A stretch of 40,451 nt of DNA from Catajapyx aquilonaris (Eukaryota). The translations under genes were made by a program, and so were the position numbers. The DNA is taken from positions 1-40,451 of the forward strand of contig JYFJ02003532.1 in NCBI GenBank assembly GCA_000934665.2. Reading direction: 5' to 3'. Numbering within the stretch: the first letter of the stretch is position 1; each line of letters opens with the position of its first letter. Below are positions 1 to 12,427 of this stretch, one piece after another. The notes beneath the pieces were generated by a model, which was given only the letters and a program-made list of their open reading frames with translations, made no database searches and was not told where the DNA came from.

Positions 1-944
1 ACAGGAGCACTTGAAACCGACGTTTCATCGCTTAATTCCATGGTGAATGTGTTGGCCGACACGCACATATGCGTGCCCGCCCCCACTGCTTGTCGCCGTT
101 TTCCCCAACAGAGCGCGCTAGTGTAGTTACGCATGAGGCCTATACCCACAATTTTAATGCATTCGTGTCTGGACCACTCGTACCACTGTAACGGCCAAAC
201 CTTTGCGCAGGTTTTTCCAAATTAACGACACCAAAGAGGATGAATGACGCGCTTCGCGACAAAAGAATTAAGTTCCCTTCGAAATGAGCCTACCTTCTTT
301 TTTTTGCAACTGTCATTTAGCCAGTGGTGACGGCCATGGATCCAACAACCATCCCATCCTGTTCTATTCTGTTTTGTTCTGTGGCCTGTTTGGAACTGAA
401 TGGATGCAACATGCGATGTTCTATTGGTTCTTTCGCTTTTTTCTTTCTTCAAACCGATGTTCTATTGTTTTGTTGTTGATGTTTAGAACGTGGGGTCAGG
501 GAGTCGGGGATGCTAGCGGGGGGATGGTTGGGTGGAACAGGAGGGAGGGGGTACTGGATGTTAAGGGGGTGCCGATGCCGGTGTGGATGGAACAGGGAGA
601 GGGGTTGAGCTGATAACGGGAGAGACCGACTTGTGTTGTTTACTCATCGGAAGTCAGATAGCTACTGATGCGTTCCACCACCCATTGCGCATGCTCGGAA
701 CGGGGCCAATCGGAGGTGTCATGGTAACAATGCGTCGCAGTAACATTGGGGGGGGGTTATATTCCCCTAATTGGATCTGTCAGATGTGGAAAGGTCTAGC
801 CAAACAGCATCACTTGTAGTGGAAGCGGTAGCTGGAAAAACCTGGCATTTGATGATGAAAGTGTGCCACTTGGCATGGTGCTTCCTAGGACCATAAGGAA
901 TGATTCCGGAAGTGGAACCAGAAATTTCGTCCATTAGGATTCAA

Positions 945-1400
945 GATGGCGGCCAATAATGAAAATGGCCTCCATTGTTACAAAATCGCTATTGTTCGCA
1001 GGAAATTGACCATTGAGGTGTCGATTCCTAGCAATACGAAGTCGCTGAACACGATTCTAATGTCAGAATACTTTCTTGAACACGTTTTAAAGCAATATGG
1101 CGGCCAATAATGAAAATGGCCTCCATTGTTACAAGATAGGTATTTTTCGCAGGAAATTGACGGTTGAGGAGTCGTTTCCTAGCAATACGAAGTCGCTGAA
1201 CACGAATCTAATGTCAGAATACAGTTTGAACACGTTTTAAAGCAATATGGCGGCCAATAATGGAAATGGCCTCCATTGTTACAAAATCGGAACCGTATTT
1301 TTCGCAGGAAATTGACGATTAAGGAGTCCATTCCTAGAAATACGAAGTCGCTGAACACGATTTTAGTGTCAGAAGACAGTTTGAACACGTTTTAAAGCAT
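945..1400 (+). repeat. Three ~150-bp tandem subrepeats in the left arm of the foldback element (mirrored at ~3030-3846)
   Basis: The unit ATGGCGGCCAATAAT-G/GA-AAATGGCCTCCATTGTTACAA...GTCGCTGAACACG...TTGAACACGTTTTAAAGCA begins at ~945, ~1097 and ~1247. Confidence 0.9.
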
Positions 1401-3219
1401 TTTTTAACAAAAATGTCCAGTTTTGAGCCATAGGTTTGAACAGGCGCGTATGTGTGGCTTAATCCAGGAAAGATAAGGTATGGGGTCAAAGGAACTGCAA
1501 TGGAAATCATATGTGGAGAATAACATATCCAACGTTCAATGCAATTAGAGCTAGGGAACCCACCGCCATCTTGGAAAAATGGTGGCGAAAATAGGTTTTT
1601 AAAATCTATCTCTTAGATGGCTGCAAGTATATGAATTTATGAAGAGGACGAAATGGAAGAACGTACAATTCTATCCTTATCATTCTTTTGTAGAGCGAAT
1701 CGCTATACAAAGATATCTCCGATTATATTGACACCACCTAACCACTCTACGAAGATTTTTGCAAATATACTGTGCTTACTCAAGCATTTACGTAAATAAG
1801 TCACTTATTACAGTACTGTACTCTAATAACCCATAGACGAGCTATCATTGATGAAAATGGTTGGTAATGATAATAGCTATTATAGTTGCAGAGTGGTGAT
1901 AAGGTTTACACTAAGCCTGAGACATGAACATGGTGAAAAACAATCTGCTGCAAACATAGCATAAGGAAAATTAATACTCAATTCGACCTTTAACCGCATC
2001 ATAAGACTGGAAAAGGGGATGAGGGCTAACTTAAGCTTTCAAGTCCTATACAGCCCGTTTCCCGCTATTTATTCCACATACATAAAGCCAACATGCCATA
2101 TAACAAATCAACATTAATCAGCCGCACAACAACAGCAGGAGCCATCATCACCACGATTTGCACAGCATTCTGTTATATTCGTAGTCCTCAAAAAAGATAG
2201 TGTTCTTACTTTTCTCTGTGAGTTCTTTTGTCACCAAGAATTTATTATATTCTCCGTAAAACAAAGTCCCTTCTGATGTTATATTGTATGGCCCACCACT
2301 TGATCGGAAAATATTGTTTCCTACTCTCTAGAAAAATAGAGTTTAAAAAACTCAAGTAGGCTTCTTTTTAACTCTTATTTCTTTAGAAAGTACTTGGAAC
2401 AGGTTCTTTCCCACATTTGCACTAAACCAGTTTCTCGTCTATAATCTCATGCGACATATACCTGGTGCACTTTCAATCTCGACTCTGCAACCTGGCCATC
2501 ACTGTTGCGCAATTTTCTGGCATTGTTGTAATTTCAGCTATAATAGCTATTATCATTACATTACCAACCATTTTCATCAATGATAGCTCGTCTATGGGTT
2601 ATTAGAGTACAGTACTGTAATAAGTGACTTATTTACGTAAATGCTTGAGTAAGCACAGTATATTTGCAAAAATCTTCGTAGAGTGGTTAGGTGGTGTCAA
2701 TATAATCGGAGATATCTTTGTATAGCGATTCGCTCTACAAAAGAATGATAAGGATAGAATTGTACATTCTTCCATTTCGTCCTCTTCATAAATTCATATA
2801 CGTGCAGCCATCTAAGAGAGAGATTTTAAAAACCTATTTTCGCCACCATTTTTCCAAGATGGCGGTGGGTTCCCTAGCTCTAATTGCATTGAACGTTGGA
2901 TAATTATGTTATTCTCCACATATGATTTCCATTGCAGTTCCTTTGACCCCATACCTTATCTTTCCTGGATTAAGCCACACATACGCGCCTGTTCAAACCT
3001 ATGGCTCAAAACTGGACATTTTTGTTAAAAAATGCTTTAAAACGTGTTCAAACCGTCTTCTGACACTAAAATCGTGTTCAGCGACTTCGTATTGCTAGGA
3101 ATGGACTCCTTAATCGTCAATTTCCTGCGAAAAATACGGTTCCGATTTTGTAACAATGGAGGCCATTTCCATTATTGGCCGCCATATTGGTTTCAAACGT
3201 GTTCAAACTGTATTCTGAC

Positions 3220-3566
3220 TTTTTTTTACGTTACCCCGTGCTAGGGCCATAGGCCCTTATAGGGGGGGTGGAATACCACCATTTTTCCTTCAATTTTCTG
3301 ATTTTTCTTCTAACTCCGGTGCAAGGATGAAAGGACATGAGGTAAGGATATAGGGATTTTTGGGGAGGGAACATTGGTGCAAGTGCAATGTCGGTAAAAG
3401 GGTCATGTGCTGTTCCCCAGGAGGTTAGGTTGCCAGACACCACCTTGGTGCAGTTCAGAGACCCTCCTGACGCAGGTGAAAGGAAAGTTCCCCAGGCGGG
3501 GATCGAACCTGGGGCCTTTCACTCAGCAAGCCGAGACGTTACCATCACGGCCACCACACCTCCCCC
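3220..3566 (-). mobile_element. tRNA(Ala-like)-derived SINE, family 1, inserted in the right arm of the foldback element
   Basis: Minus-strand head GGGGGAGGTGTGGTGGCCGTGATGGTAACG...CTTGCT...GGTTCGATCCCC (A/B boxes) and an A-rich tail. TSD CTGTATTCTGAC at 3208-3219 and 3567-3578. Absent from the left arm. Confidence 0.92.
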
Positions 3567-4032
3567 CTGTATTCTGACATTAGATTCGTGTTCAGCGACT
3601 TCGTATTGCTAGGAATCGACTCCTCAACCGTCAATTTCCTGCGAAAAATACCTATCTTGTAACAATGGAGGCCATTTTCATTATTGGCCGCCATATTGCT
3701 TTAAAACGTGTTCAAGACAGGATTCTGACATTAGAATCGTGTTCAGCGACTTCGTATTGGTAGGAATTGACACCTCAATGGTCAATTTCCTGCGAACAAT
3801 ACCGATTTTGTAACAATGGAGGCCATTTTCATTATTGGCCGCCATCTTGAATCCTAATTGACGAAATTTCCGGTTCCACTTCCGGAATCATTCCTTATGG
3901 TCCTAGGAAGCACCATGCCAAGTGGCACACTTTCATCATCAAATGCCAGGTTTTACCGAAATATGACCCTTACCGCTTCCACTATTGGCCACTCATCCAG
4001 ATCACATGATGACTAGGTTGGTCTGTGGAATG

Positions 4033-4186
4033 AAGCTGTGTTTACATGTGAGAGATTTTACGAGCGAAATCTTTGCCTAGGCTAAGTAACCCAAGTTACC
4101 AATATTGTCTGAGGTGAAAATCGATTGTTAATTTCAGCCTTGGCGAAGATATCACTCGTCAAATTGCTCACATCTAAACGCGCCTT
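4033..4186. mobile_element. Small MITE, PIF/Harbinger-like termini
   Basis: AAGCTGTGTTTACATGTGAGAGATTTTACGAGCGAAATCTTTGCCTAGGCT pairs imperfectly with AGCCTTGGCGAAGATATCACTCGTCAAATTGCTCACATCTAAACGCGCCTT. Confidence 0.65.
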
Positions 4187-5012
4187 AAATGCGGCTTGAG
4201 GAAAAGTGACCCAGATCGCATGATGACCAAGGGTGGTGGATATTTGGGGTTTAGGTTGGCTGTGGCAGTGTCAAAGCATCATATAAACACACCCAGGACA
4301 ATGGGGTCCTAGCCTTGGTCTGGGATTTGGGAAATTTGTACACAGATAGCTCAACCATACATGTAAACAAGCATTCCACCACTTTTCAGCACCAAAATGT
4401 AATTCCTCGATGAATTATCGCAGGTTTAAGTGTCACTCTCAAATTGGCGGGAAAAACGGGGGCGTGACCTAGGGCGCATTCGGACTCCTGCCTTTTTCCG
4501 TGTGACGTCAAGTTCGCATTTATACAGGGAGTTTCTGAATTCAGGGGACAAACTTGTAGGGGTGATTGAGGGGACCAAGACAAACATATTTCATATAGGA
4601 ACATGTGTCCAGACATGCCATCTAGAGAGGGTTCATAGACGAGGAACGGGTACGCTCAGACAGGGGAAGACGGGACGCCCTAGGCAAGCGGACTGTTAGT
4701 TGCTAGGGGTCGCGTGGGTAGTTAAGCAACGGTGTGCAGAAAGTAAACAACAGCTCAATGATTAACAATACAACAATACAATACAACAGAGAGCAATGAC
4801 CACAACTTTCGGCGCAAATAAGAAAATACCGTAAGAGTTGCTGCTTCCGGAAACCGGTGTACACGCTCATGCAGAAATGCCACCTGGGGTAGATTGCCGG
4901 CGGGAATGGCTCAACTCCCGCCCGCCCGCCTGCTTGGTGAGAGGGTTCGTCTCTGCTCTGCATGTTGATCATGTCTTACTGACGTGCTTATGTAGGCCTA
5001 TACAATGTACAT

Positions 5013-5310
5013 ACCGAAGCAGGTTGGCATAGTGGATAAGGCGTCCGACTTCTAATCGGGAGGTCCTGGGTTCGAATCCCGGGGCCAGCAACTCTGACCA
5101 TGGTTTTCTGTGGTTTCCCACGGTCCTTCCAGGGAAATTCCGGAGCTGCTTCCGTAATTAATAGGCCACAGCCGCTTCCTTCCGTCCCTATCCTGTCCCA
5201 AAGAGCAGTAAAATGAAAAGCATAGAGTTCCAGGCAAAACAAACTTCCCCCCTAAAGAGCCGATGGCTGATAACGGGGTATGAATTATTATTATTATTTA
5301 TTATTATTAT
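5013..5310 (+). mobile_element. tRNA(Arg-like)-derived SINE, family 2
   Basis: Head TGGCATAGTGGATAAGGCGTCCGACTTCTAATCGGGAGGTCCTGGGTTCGAATCCC and (ATT)n tail. Homologous along its length to 25102-25409. Confidence 0.88.
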
Positions 5311-5526
5311 AAATGAGAATTTGCTATAATGAGACAAGCAATGGAGGAAGCAATTTTGTGTCCTACTGTATCACACACTATCAACTGCTATCAGCTGGAA
5401 ACTTGAGTGACTTGTTCTTGCCATATCCTGTGAGCATACCTCTCACATAGTCATTGCACCTTGATTAATCTTTTTCATGGAATTTGTATATTTGTGATTT
5501 TGACTAATGCCTCTGTAATAATTCAG

Positions 5527-5786
5527 GTGAGAAGAGTGGTAAGGTGAGCAGTGACACAGATGAGGAAGAAAGTGCTGGTGTATGTGAAGATGAGGCTAGT
5601 GCTGGTAGTGAACCCACTCTGGTGGGCAGCCAAAAGCGGAAAGCTCGGAAAGCTCGCATTGAGAGGATTGAACCGGGCAACCCAAATTGGAGGCGAACCT
5701 CAGTAGTGGAACCAGAGGTGCTGGGTCTAGCCACTTTGGCAGAAGTAGCTTCTGCTGAGAGCCACTTGGTTAGCCCAACATGGTGA
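5527..5786 (+). CDS. Probable last coding exon of an unidentified plus-strand gene (upstream exons outside the window or not recognised)
   Basis: Acceptor ...TGACTAAT...ATTCAG| at 5526. The open frame reads EKSGKVSSDTDEEESAGVCEDEASAGSEPTLVGSQKRKARKARIERIEPGNPNWRRTSVVEPEVLGLATLAEVASAESHLVSPTW* (TGA 5784-5786), with an acidic tract, a basic NLS-like cluster and coding-like composition. Followed by a long TE-poor region. Confidence 0.65.
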
Positions 5787-8700
5787 CTTTTACAGCTGTT
5801 GTTGGCTGATCTTCTCTCCTTCTTCTTTCTCTCCTCATTTTGCTATGGTCATAGTGTACTCTTTTGTTTTTAACCAAAGATTTGACTTTGAGACATATGT
5901 GTTTTGTGGTGAGGTTATAAATTTTTTTCGTGATCGTTGACACCACACATGCAAGGTCCAGGGGGAGTGGGAATCTTTGTGCCTGCAACAAAGCATTGCG
6001 TCACTTATTTTTTTCTGCTTAATTTTGAAGGAAGGTAGCTCACAAAGTAGTGCCTTGCTTTGGAAAGCTGACAAGTTCATAATTATGGAATAACTAAGTT
6101 GCTTGTTGCCCCTAGGCCAGGTACTATATTGCTCAAAAAGATGAAGACAATAATTTTGTATTGAAGCCAAATGCAAAAGTGTCTCCATCATTTTGAGTGA
6201 TATACTACAAACGAGATGGTATTGGTTGCAGGAGTTTATGTGGAAATCTTAGTTCAAATTGCCCCTTTATTGCGTCATTTGTGCCTGGCCTTATGTTAAG
6301 TTAAATCTTAATTTGCATTTGCATTTTAAACTGATATTCTATACTCATTTAAAGTAAGCAGTCACCTTTCATATTGCTTTTTTTTGTATGGTGGCAACTG
6401 ATTTCTTAATATAGAAACTAGGCAAGATGCGCAGCTTTAGTTGTCAGGGACGTCACTCATTGCTATTTGTCTCATTACTGGTAATTCAATGCATCTGATT
6501 GGATGGCTGTTGTCAGATGTTCTGATATGATGTAGATGCTATGATTGAATGCCACTGATTCTCAGCTCTCAACTTAAAACATGTGTAATTACTTGCCTTA
6601 GGATTTAATGGGGTTGTAGACTTGGTCTGGAAATGTCACCTTTTATGGTTTAGATAGTGAGTTCATGCCCTTCAAAATCATTCAGTGATCTGGTTGCATT
6701 TCAAGCAACATTATTTCAGTAATCAATGGCCCAGAACCTGACTGATATGTAAAACCAAAAACCCACTATACCAAGCTGTGACAGCTTGTGTGCTCGAACA
6801 GTGACAAACAGGATGCTAATAACTCGGTTCTGAGTCACAGCAAGCCGCAATAAAACTGCATTGGCAGGCTGTGACGATATTGAACACGATTGTACAGGTA
6901 TCATCAAAGGTGTTAACAGGTTGGTGTTATAGATCGTCAACATAAGAATGCAGCCGAGTGTGCATTGCCGTGGTGCACAGGATGCAATACTGGAATCAGA
7001 AGTGATCTGTATGGCCATGCCAGTGTCAGAAATAAGTGTAACCTACAACAGATTATATCGTGCTTACGTACAGATCACTTCTCATTCCAGGATTGCATCC
7101 TGTGCACCACACTCGGTTGCATTCTTATGTTGACTGATCTATAAATGGAGAATATGACATGGATAATGTCATGTGCAATTTTTGTACATCAGAAAATTTC
7201 ACATGTGGCTGTGTTGTGTAGGAAAATACTGTATGCTGATTTGAACTTTGTTTAAAAATGCAGATCACTTTTATAGGGCATAGCTGATATTTTTATGAGG
7301 GTTTTCAAATTTTTGTCTGCAACCTCATTAGGGCTTTGTTTATAATGTCAGAAATCATGCAAAATGGATAGCAGTATCAACTCATCTGCAGCCTGTTAAG
7401 ATATGCTTGGTAACTTGACAGTTTTCCGAGAATCCCAAGTGTTAGGTGCTACCATTGGTTAAGTCTGACTTTGAATTTAAGATAACGCAGATGATTTAAT
7501 TAATCCATTTGCACCCAGATGCCTCAGTAATGATTGACACCTTCATACCATCCTATGATACATCGACCCCATGTACCATTAGTGGACACTTAGGCATGTC
7601 ATTTCCTCATTGCACTTGTTTGCAACAATTCCTTACCTTTCCACTCCACCCTCTGTTCCTTAACTTGAGTTTTCGGACAACTGTGTCCTCGAGCAAAGAA
7701 AATAACATGAAGATGTCAACACTTGCATTAGTAAATAGCATACATAACAATTTCATAACCTTAATCCCACATGAGCTTGATGCTGTCATATACCATCTAT
7801 GGTTAGATCATGTGACCAAATCAGCCTAGACTCCTGTGACATGTCACAAGAATGCATGAGGAAATCACATGTGCAGGTGGCTCACATTACGACTGATGTA
7901 CATCCCTTGATGAACAACCACTATGCATGTAGGTGTCTGGGTGCAAATGGGTCAATACCTCCTTGGACTTACCCTGGATCTGTTTCATACCTGATAGTTC
8001 CTCTCTACGTTTCGTTTTATATTTATTTATGCCTTTTGTCAGTCATGTGAATTGAACATGTGAACCATGTGTCAAGTAGGATTTGTGCTGTCATGTGCAA
8101 GTGCCACTTCTGATGTAGTTATCCCAGCAACATGAAAATGTTACCGTTGAATCAGAACTCAGAAATTTTAATCCCCATGGTAACTGATTACCTGACATCA
8201 GCATTGACCTCGCACACAATATAATACCACATTGTTTCTGATTTTCCCCGTTTATGATTATGCCTTCATTACAAAAACGCTTTAAACTTGCTTACCAAAT
8301 CTAAAGTAGGATGTTGGTGTGGGACAATGCTTGAAATTTGTTTAAATGCTGGTGAGCACTTCAGTTAATGAGTATATTCCAGTATACTGTATAAGGAATC
8401 CCTATTCTCACCTCAGGCACTCTACATGCCAAGTTAAGTGTACAAAATGAGACAAGCCTTAGGTCGAATATGCCCCTAAATTCCTGCTGATGTGACATCA
8501 CCTTGAATCATATGTTGAATGCAAAACCCCACCGACAGAAGTTTTGTTCACACTTTTCCTAGTTTCATAAGCAGTCATGAAAGTTTCATTAAAGGTTTGG
8601 AAAGAGTTTCCTTGTCATGCACCCTTACCTCCCCTTTACTATGATGTGGCAGTATTTCAGGCGGGTCAGGAAGGCATGGGGAGAATGACAAAGAGATCAT

Positions 8701-11000
8701 GATGCTGAAATTTGGAATTTGCTCAGAGTGAAAGGGCATGCCTAAAGTTTTAGCCCTCAAAAAGTGTTGCATTTTGGGAACAACTGATAACAATGCCTCA
8801 CAATGGATTCTCTTGTGATGGGTAGTGAGGTAAAGTTGTTGATGTTCCTGTCTGCTGAACAGTAGGTTTGATTAGTTGCTTCTTATTTGCGTTAGATTTC
8901 GAAGGTGACATTTTCCTAGTCTGCTTTTAACACCTTCTCATGCTAACCATTTTCCAGTGATGTTTGTGGAAATAGTAAATGTAATGATGCTGTTTATTCA
9001 ACATGATGTGGCCCAACATCTTTTATTATTAAGAAAAACACTTTGGAATGAGCTCAGCGTACCAATTAGGACGTTCATGCCAGCGTAAGACCTAACCTGA
9101 TGCTCATTCTACAAAACTGTGCTTAATCATTTGCAAAAATTTTGCTAGGGTTTTCACAGTATTGTGCAGTTGTTTTGTACTGAGGGCCAATTGTAAGAAA
9201 TCAAGTAAAATAGTGCATTTACAGGGTGAGGAAATTTTGCTTGTCTTGGCATTGGGAAATGGTAGAGGGGTTATAGGCGAGACCTTTCAGATGTAAACTT
9301 TTCAGGACATGTTATGCTACATGATAAATAGCCCATTTTCGTGGTAACTAGGCTGTAGAGACCCACATAAAATGATAGTGTAGAATTCCTCTACCATCCC
9401 CCAAAGGTACCATAAATTTCTCAACCCTGTGTATCTACTCACAGTGCATAATCCCACATAATTGGCTTCCTTCATAATTTAAGTTGATATGAAAGGTCAT
9501 AAGTCTTGTGGAAGGAAGACATGTTTGGAAAACACAAGTTGGATCCATGTGAGAGAATGCAACACTGATTAATTGGAGAATATTACAAGAACTAGTTCCA
9601 GCTTATGTCATGATATTACTGAAACTATGCCTCTTGTTATTAGCAGCCATTTTCATGCCCCATTTTGAAATCATGCAGCGATTAAATTTATGCTTGACTA
9701 AAGGGTAGTGTAGTCAAGAATATTTTCCAGTGCATTATTTTTTCTTCCCCACTTATTTGTACACATTATGTTTTTTTTTCATGTGGTTAAAGAGTACAAG
9801 TTACATAAGTGTACAGAAAGTAGCTTAGGAAGAAATTAAGCCACAACAAACTCTGTGGAGCTGGCAGTGCAGGCCATGCGAGTTGTGAGGCAGGAGACTT
9901 AATTGTGGGCCAACAGCACTGTCATGCAGTTGTCTGCTGGGCGCGATGTGCATGGTTCTTGAGGCCTAAAATTTGCCTAAGCATTGTGTGGTGTCACAGA
10001 TCCAGAAACGTGTCCTGCCCTCCCCTCTGTGTTGGGTAACCTGCCCCTAGAGTATTTTGTCTCTAAACAATGGTGGTACCAGGAGGGCATGGATTATGCC
10101 TTGGGAACAAATTCATAGTGTCCTGGTGTCATGTGGAGGACCACTCACAAGAGCCTTAGATATTGCGACCTGAGAGACTTGATCATGTTTATTCTCATTA
10201 TGTTGAACTCATCTTTTTGTGTGTGTAGTGTGGTGGAGGAACATTCATCATTGGCACCAAATCTATGCTCATATTGTTTTTGTTTTTTTTAAACTTGCTA
10301 CTGTTTGCCATGCTGTAGCATGGAGAGGGAGGGTGTTTCTATTTACCACACTTGGTGGATGAACTTTAGTGTAGGTATGATCATGACACTTAATTTATTT
10401 CTACGGAAGGGAAGTGTATTGCAGTAATATGCAAGGAAATTTGTGAAGAAGTGGGAATCAAAGCTTGTACCAATGAAGAAAAAAAATATATATCCAGATT
10501 GAACAAATTTTAAATAATATTTGGAACTATTGCACTTATGGGACTGGAATTGACCTCTCCCATATTGGATTGCACCTGATGTACAGGTACATCAGGAACG
10601 AGCAATATGATGTTCCTGGGTTACATTTTCAATATGTTGTTATGTTCAAGCAAAACATGTGGCTTTACCAGGGTGCAATAGTAGCTCTGTAGGGTAGTAT
10701 GAAATTGAAAGTATGTTTCATACTTCCCTCCATGCTTATATTTGCACTGTGGAAAGGATTTCTCCTTCCCCCCCCCCCCAATCTAGGGACACTTTTTTTT
10801 CTTGCAAGTGTGACCTAGAAATGAAAAGTTCTGGTCCCTTGTTAGAGGAACTGTCATATGCAGCCAATAGAACCATAATAACCGGATATATAATTTCAAA
10901 CTTGATATTGAATGGTCTTGAGACTGATGTTGGATTAGAGCAAAGGAAATGATAAAATTAAATTATAATGGATAAAAAGTGAAAATATCAGTGTAGTGAA
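5787..11000 (+). other. Putative long 3' UTR of the plus-strand gene (end approximate)
   Basis: T/G-rich and visibly CpG-poor, with only one hairpin MITE in ~5 kb, unlike the TE-packed flanks. Candidate polyA signals are AATAAA ~6849, ATTAAA ~10956 and AATAAA ~12074. Confidence 0.45.
6928..7143. mobile_element. Palindromic TA-flanked MITE
   Basis: TATAGATCGTCAACATAAGAATGCAGCCGAGTG...GGTGCACAGGATGCAATACTGGAATCAGAAGTGATCTGTA pairs with TACAGATCACTTCTCATTCCAGGATTGCATCCTGTGCACC...CACTCGGTTGCATTCTTATGTTGACTGATCTATA. Confidence 0.8.
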
Positions 11001-11265
11001 CAATTGTGGTGTAACCTTGTGATAACCATAAAACAAATTTTTGGCTAGAAGTTCAAAGATTGTTTTCCTTTCTGGGTTTCATTATTGACGCACCTCAGTC
11101 CTGGAAAATGCAACGAAATCATTTTTATTGCCTGGATGGGGTATTTAAACCTGGGGGGAAACGTTATTTCAGTTGATCATTATGACAATAGGAAGGATGT
11201 GACTCTGTCATTTGCATGCACTGTGGCAGTGGTGGGAAAATATCTCGAGGCCCACCTAATGAGCC

Positions 11266-11560
11266 CAGTGGCGTACCCACATTTTTGTTTGTTTGGTTTT
11301 TTTTTGTGTGTGTGTGTGTTTTCTTTTTTTTGGGGGGNGTCGAAAAGTTTCGAACTCAGGCGCATAAGCTGAAAAAAGTTGGGGGGGGGGATTCCATAAA
11401 AGGGTGGAGACAATTTTTGGGGGGTTCAAGGTCACACGAGCAGGATTTTTCTCTCTTTCTTTTACTTACTGTGCTCGTGCTCCTCATTTCGCAAGATCAT
11501 TTTATAGTTTACAAAAAAATTTAAAGCTCGCGGCCCACAGGTTGGGACCCCCTGCACTAT
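11266..11560. mobile_element. Possible degraded hAT-type MITE
   Basis: Begins CAGTGGCGTACCCAC (a typical hAT MITE end) and has poly-G tracts. The right end is poorly defined and the region contains an N. Confidence 0.35.
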
Positions 11561-12370
11561 GGAGTAGTAACTGACTCAGCTTAGAGATCTTGTTTATGGA
11601 ACACCTGATATAAAGCAGATAGTACACTTGATTTTGAGTCATTTGCTAAGAGGGTTTGGTGCTTGTCAATGCAGTGTGAGTCGCCATTGAATTTATATGT
11701 ATAAAAGGCACAGTTACGCATAAGTTATGGCTTGTTCAGTTATTCTACAAAGTTCAGGTATTGTTATATTACTGTTGCTTACAGTGGTTGTATCATGGTT
11801 TTCTCAAAAGTCAAGACTCAATTCTTAACATCAATAATAATAATAATGAGGAGGAGGAGATTAATGTGATGCAGGCTCTGATTTTTTCAAGCCAAGTGAA
11901 AACATTTGCAGTGATCATTTACAAGAGGAAGGTTTTGCACAGGCTCTCCTCTCATGCCTCCTGCTTACAGAGGCTCTCTCTGAAACAAAAGGTGGCTTAT
12001 GGATGGTTAGGGTAGGTTTGATGGGAGGTGATCTGAACCTGAAGTAATTCTATGCATAAGATGTTTTGGATACAATAAACAAGTCTTTTGAGAACAGCTG
12101 AATTACAGAAATGCACAGGATAGTGTTGCCATTGAGTGAAGGATTATAATAGTAGTAAACTACATTAGTTACGTCAACTAAGTGCAGGGGCAGTTTGCTC
12201 TAAACTTCTCTAGAGTTGGAATGCATCTAAGTGCAATATGATCATAAAGGTTTAGAGCACTTTAAAACTATTGCATATACTCGTGCTGTATCACTTTGAT
12301 CCTTTCACTTCTGGAAATGTGACTGAAAACCCACCAACTTTTCTCCCCTCTGAATAATAACAAGAAATAT

Positions 12371-12377
12371 AATAATA

Positions 12378-12427
<50 letters not shown>

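Larger units (their letters stand above)
817..3984. mobile_element. Non-autonomous foldback-type DNA transposon with ~1.07-kb inverted arms
   Basis: Starts TAGTGGAAGCGGTA (817) and ends TACCGCTTCCACTA (3984). The left arm 817-~1885 is the near-identical reverse complement of ~2538-3984 once the SINE is removed. Terminal TA may be a TSD. No transposase ORF; ~650-bp unique spacer. Confidence 0.9.

Noticed and set aside
490..760. G-rich tract plus NRF1-, CCAAT- and X-box-like motifs suggesting a promoter or G-quadruplex
   Set aside because: No associated first exon or TSS evidence; such short motifs are common in TE interiors.
1179..1388. Paired ORFs MFKLSSDTK/MFKPSSDTK (also 3044-3244)
   Set aside because: Mirror images from the foldback arms with non-ATG starts; no coding evidence.
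945..1400. Regularly spaced repeats resembling a CRISPR array
   Set aside because: The whole ~150-bp unit is repeated with no unique spacers, there are no cas genes, and the context is a eukaryotic transposon arm.
5020..5095. tRNA-like sequences here and at ~3490-3566, 12610-12680, 22985-23062, 25110-25180, 33895-33967 and 37083-37435
   Set aside because: Each is followed by a shared SINE body and simple-repeat tail, usually with TSDs, and lacks a clean acceptor stem and poly-T terminator. They are SINE heads, not tRNA genes.
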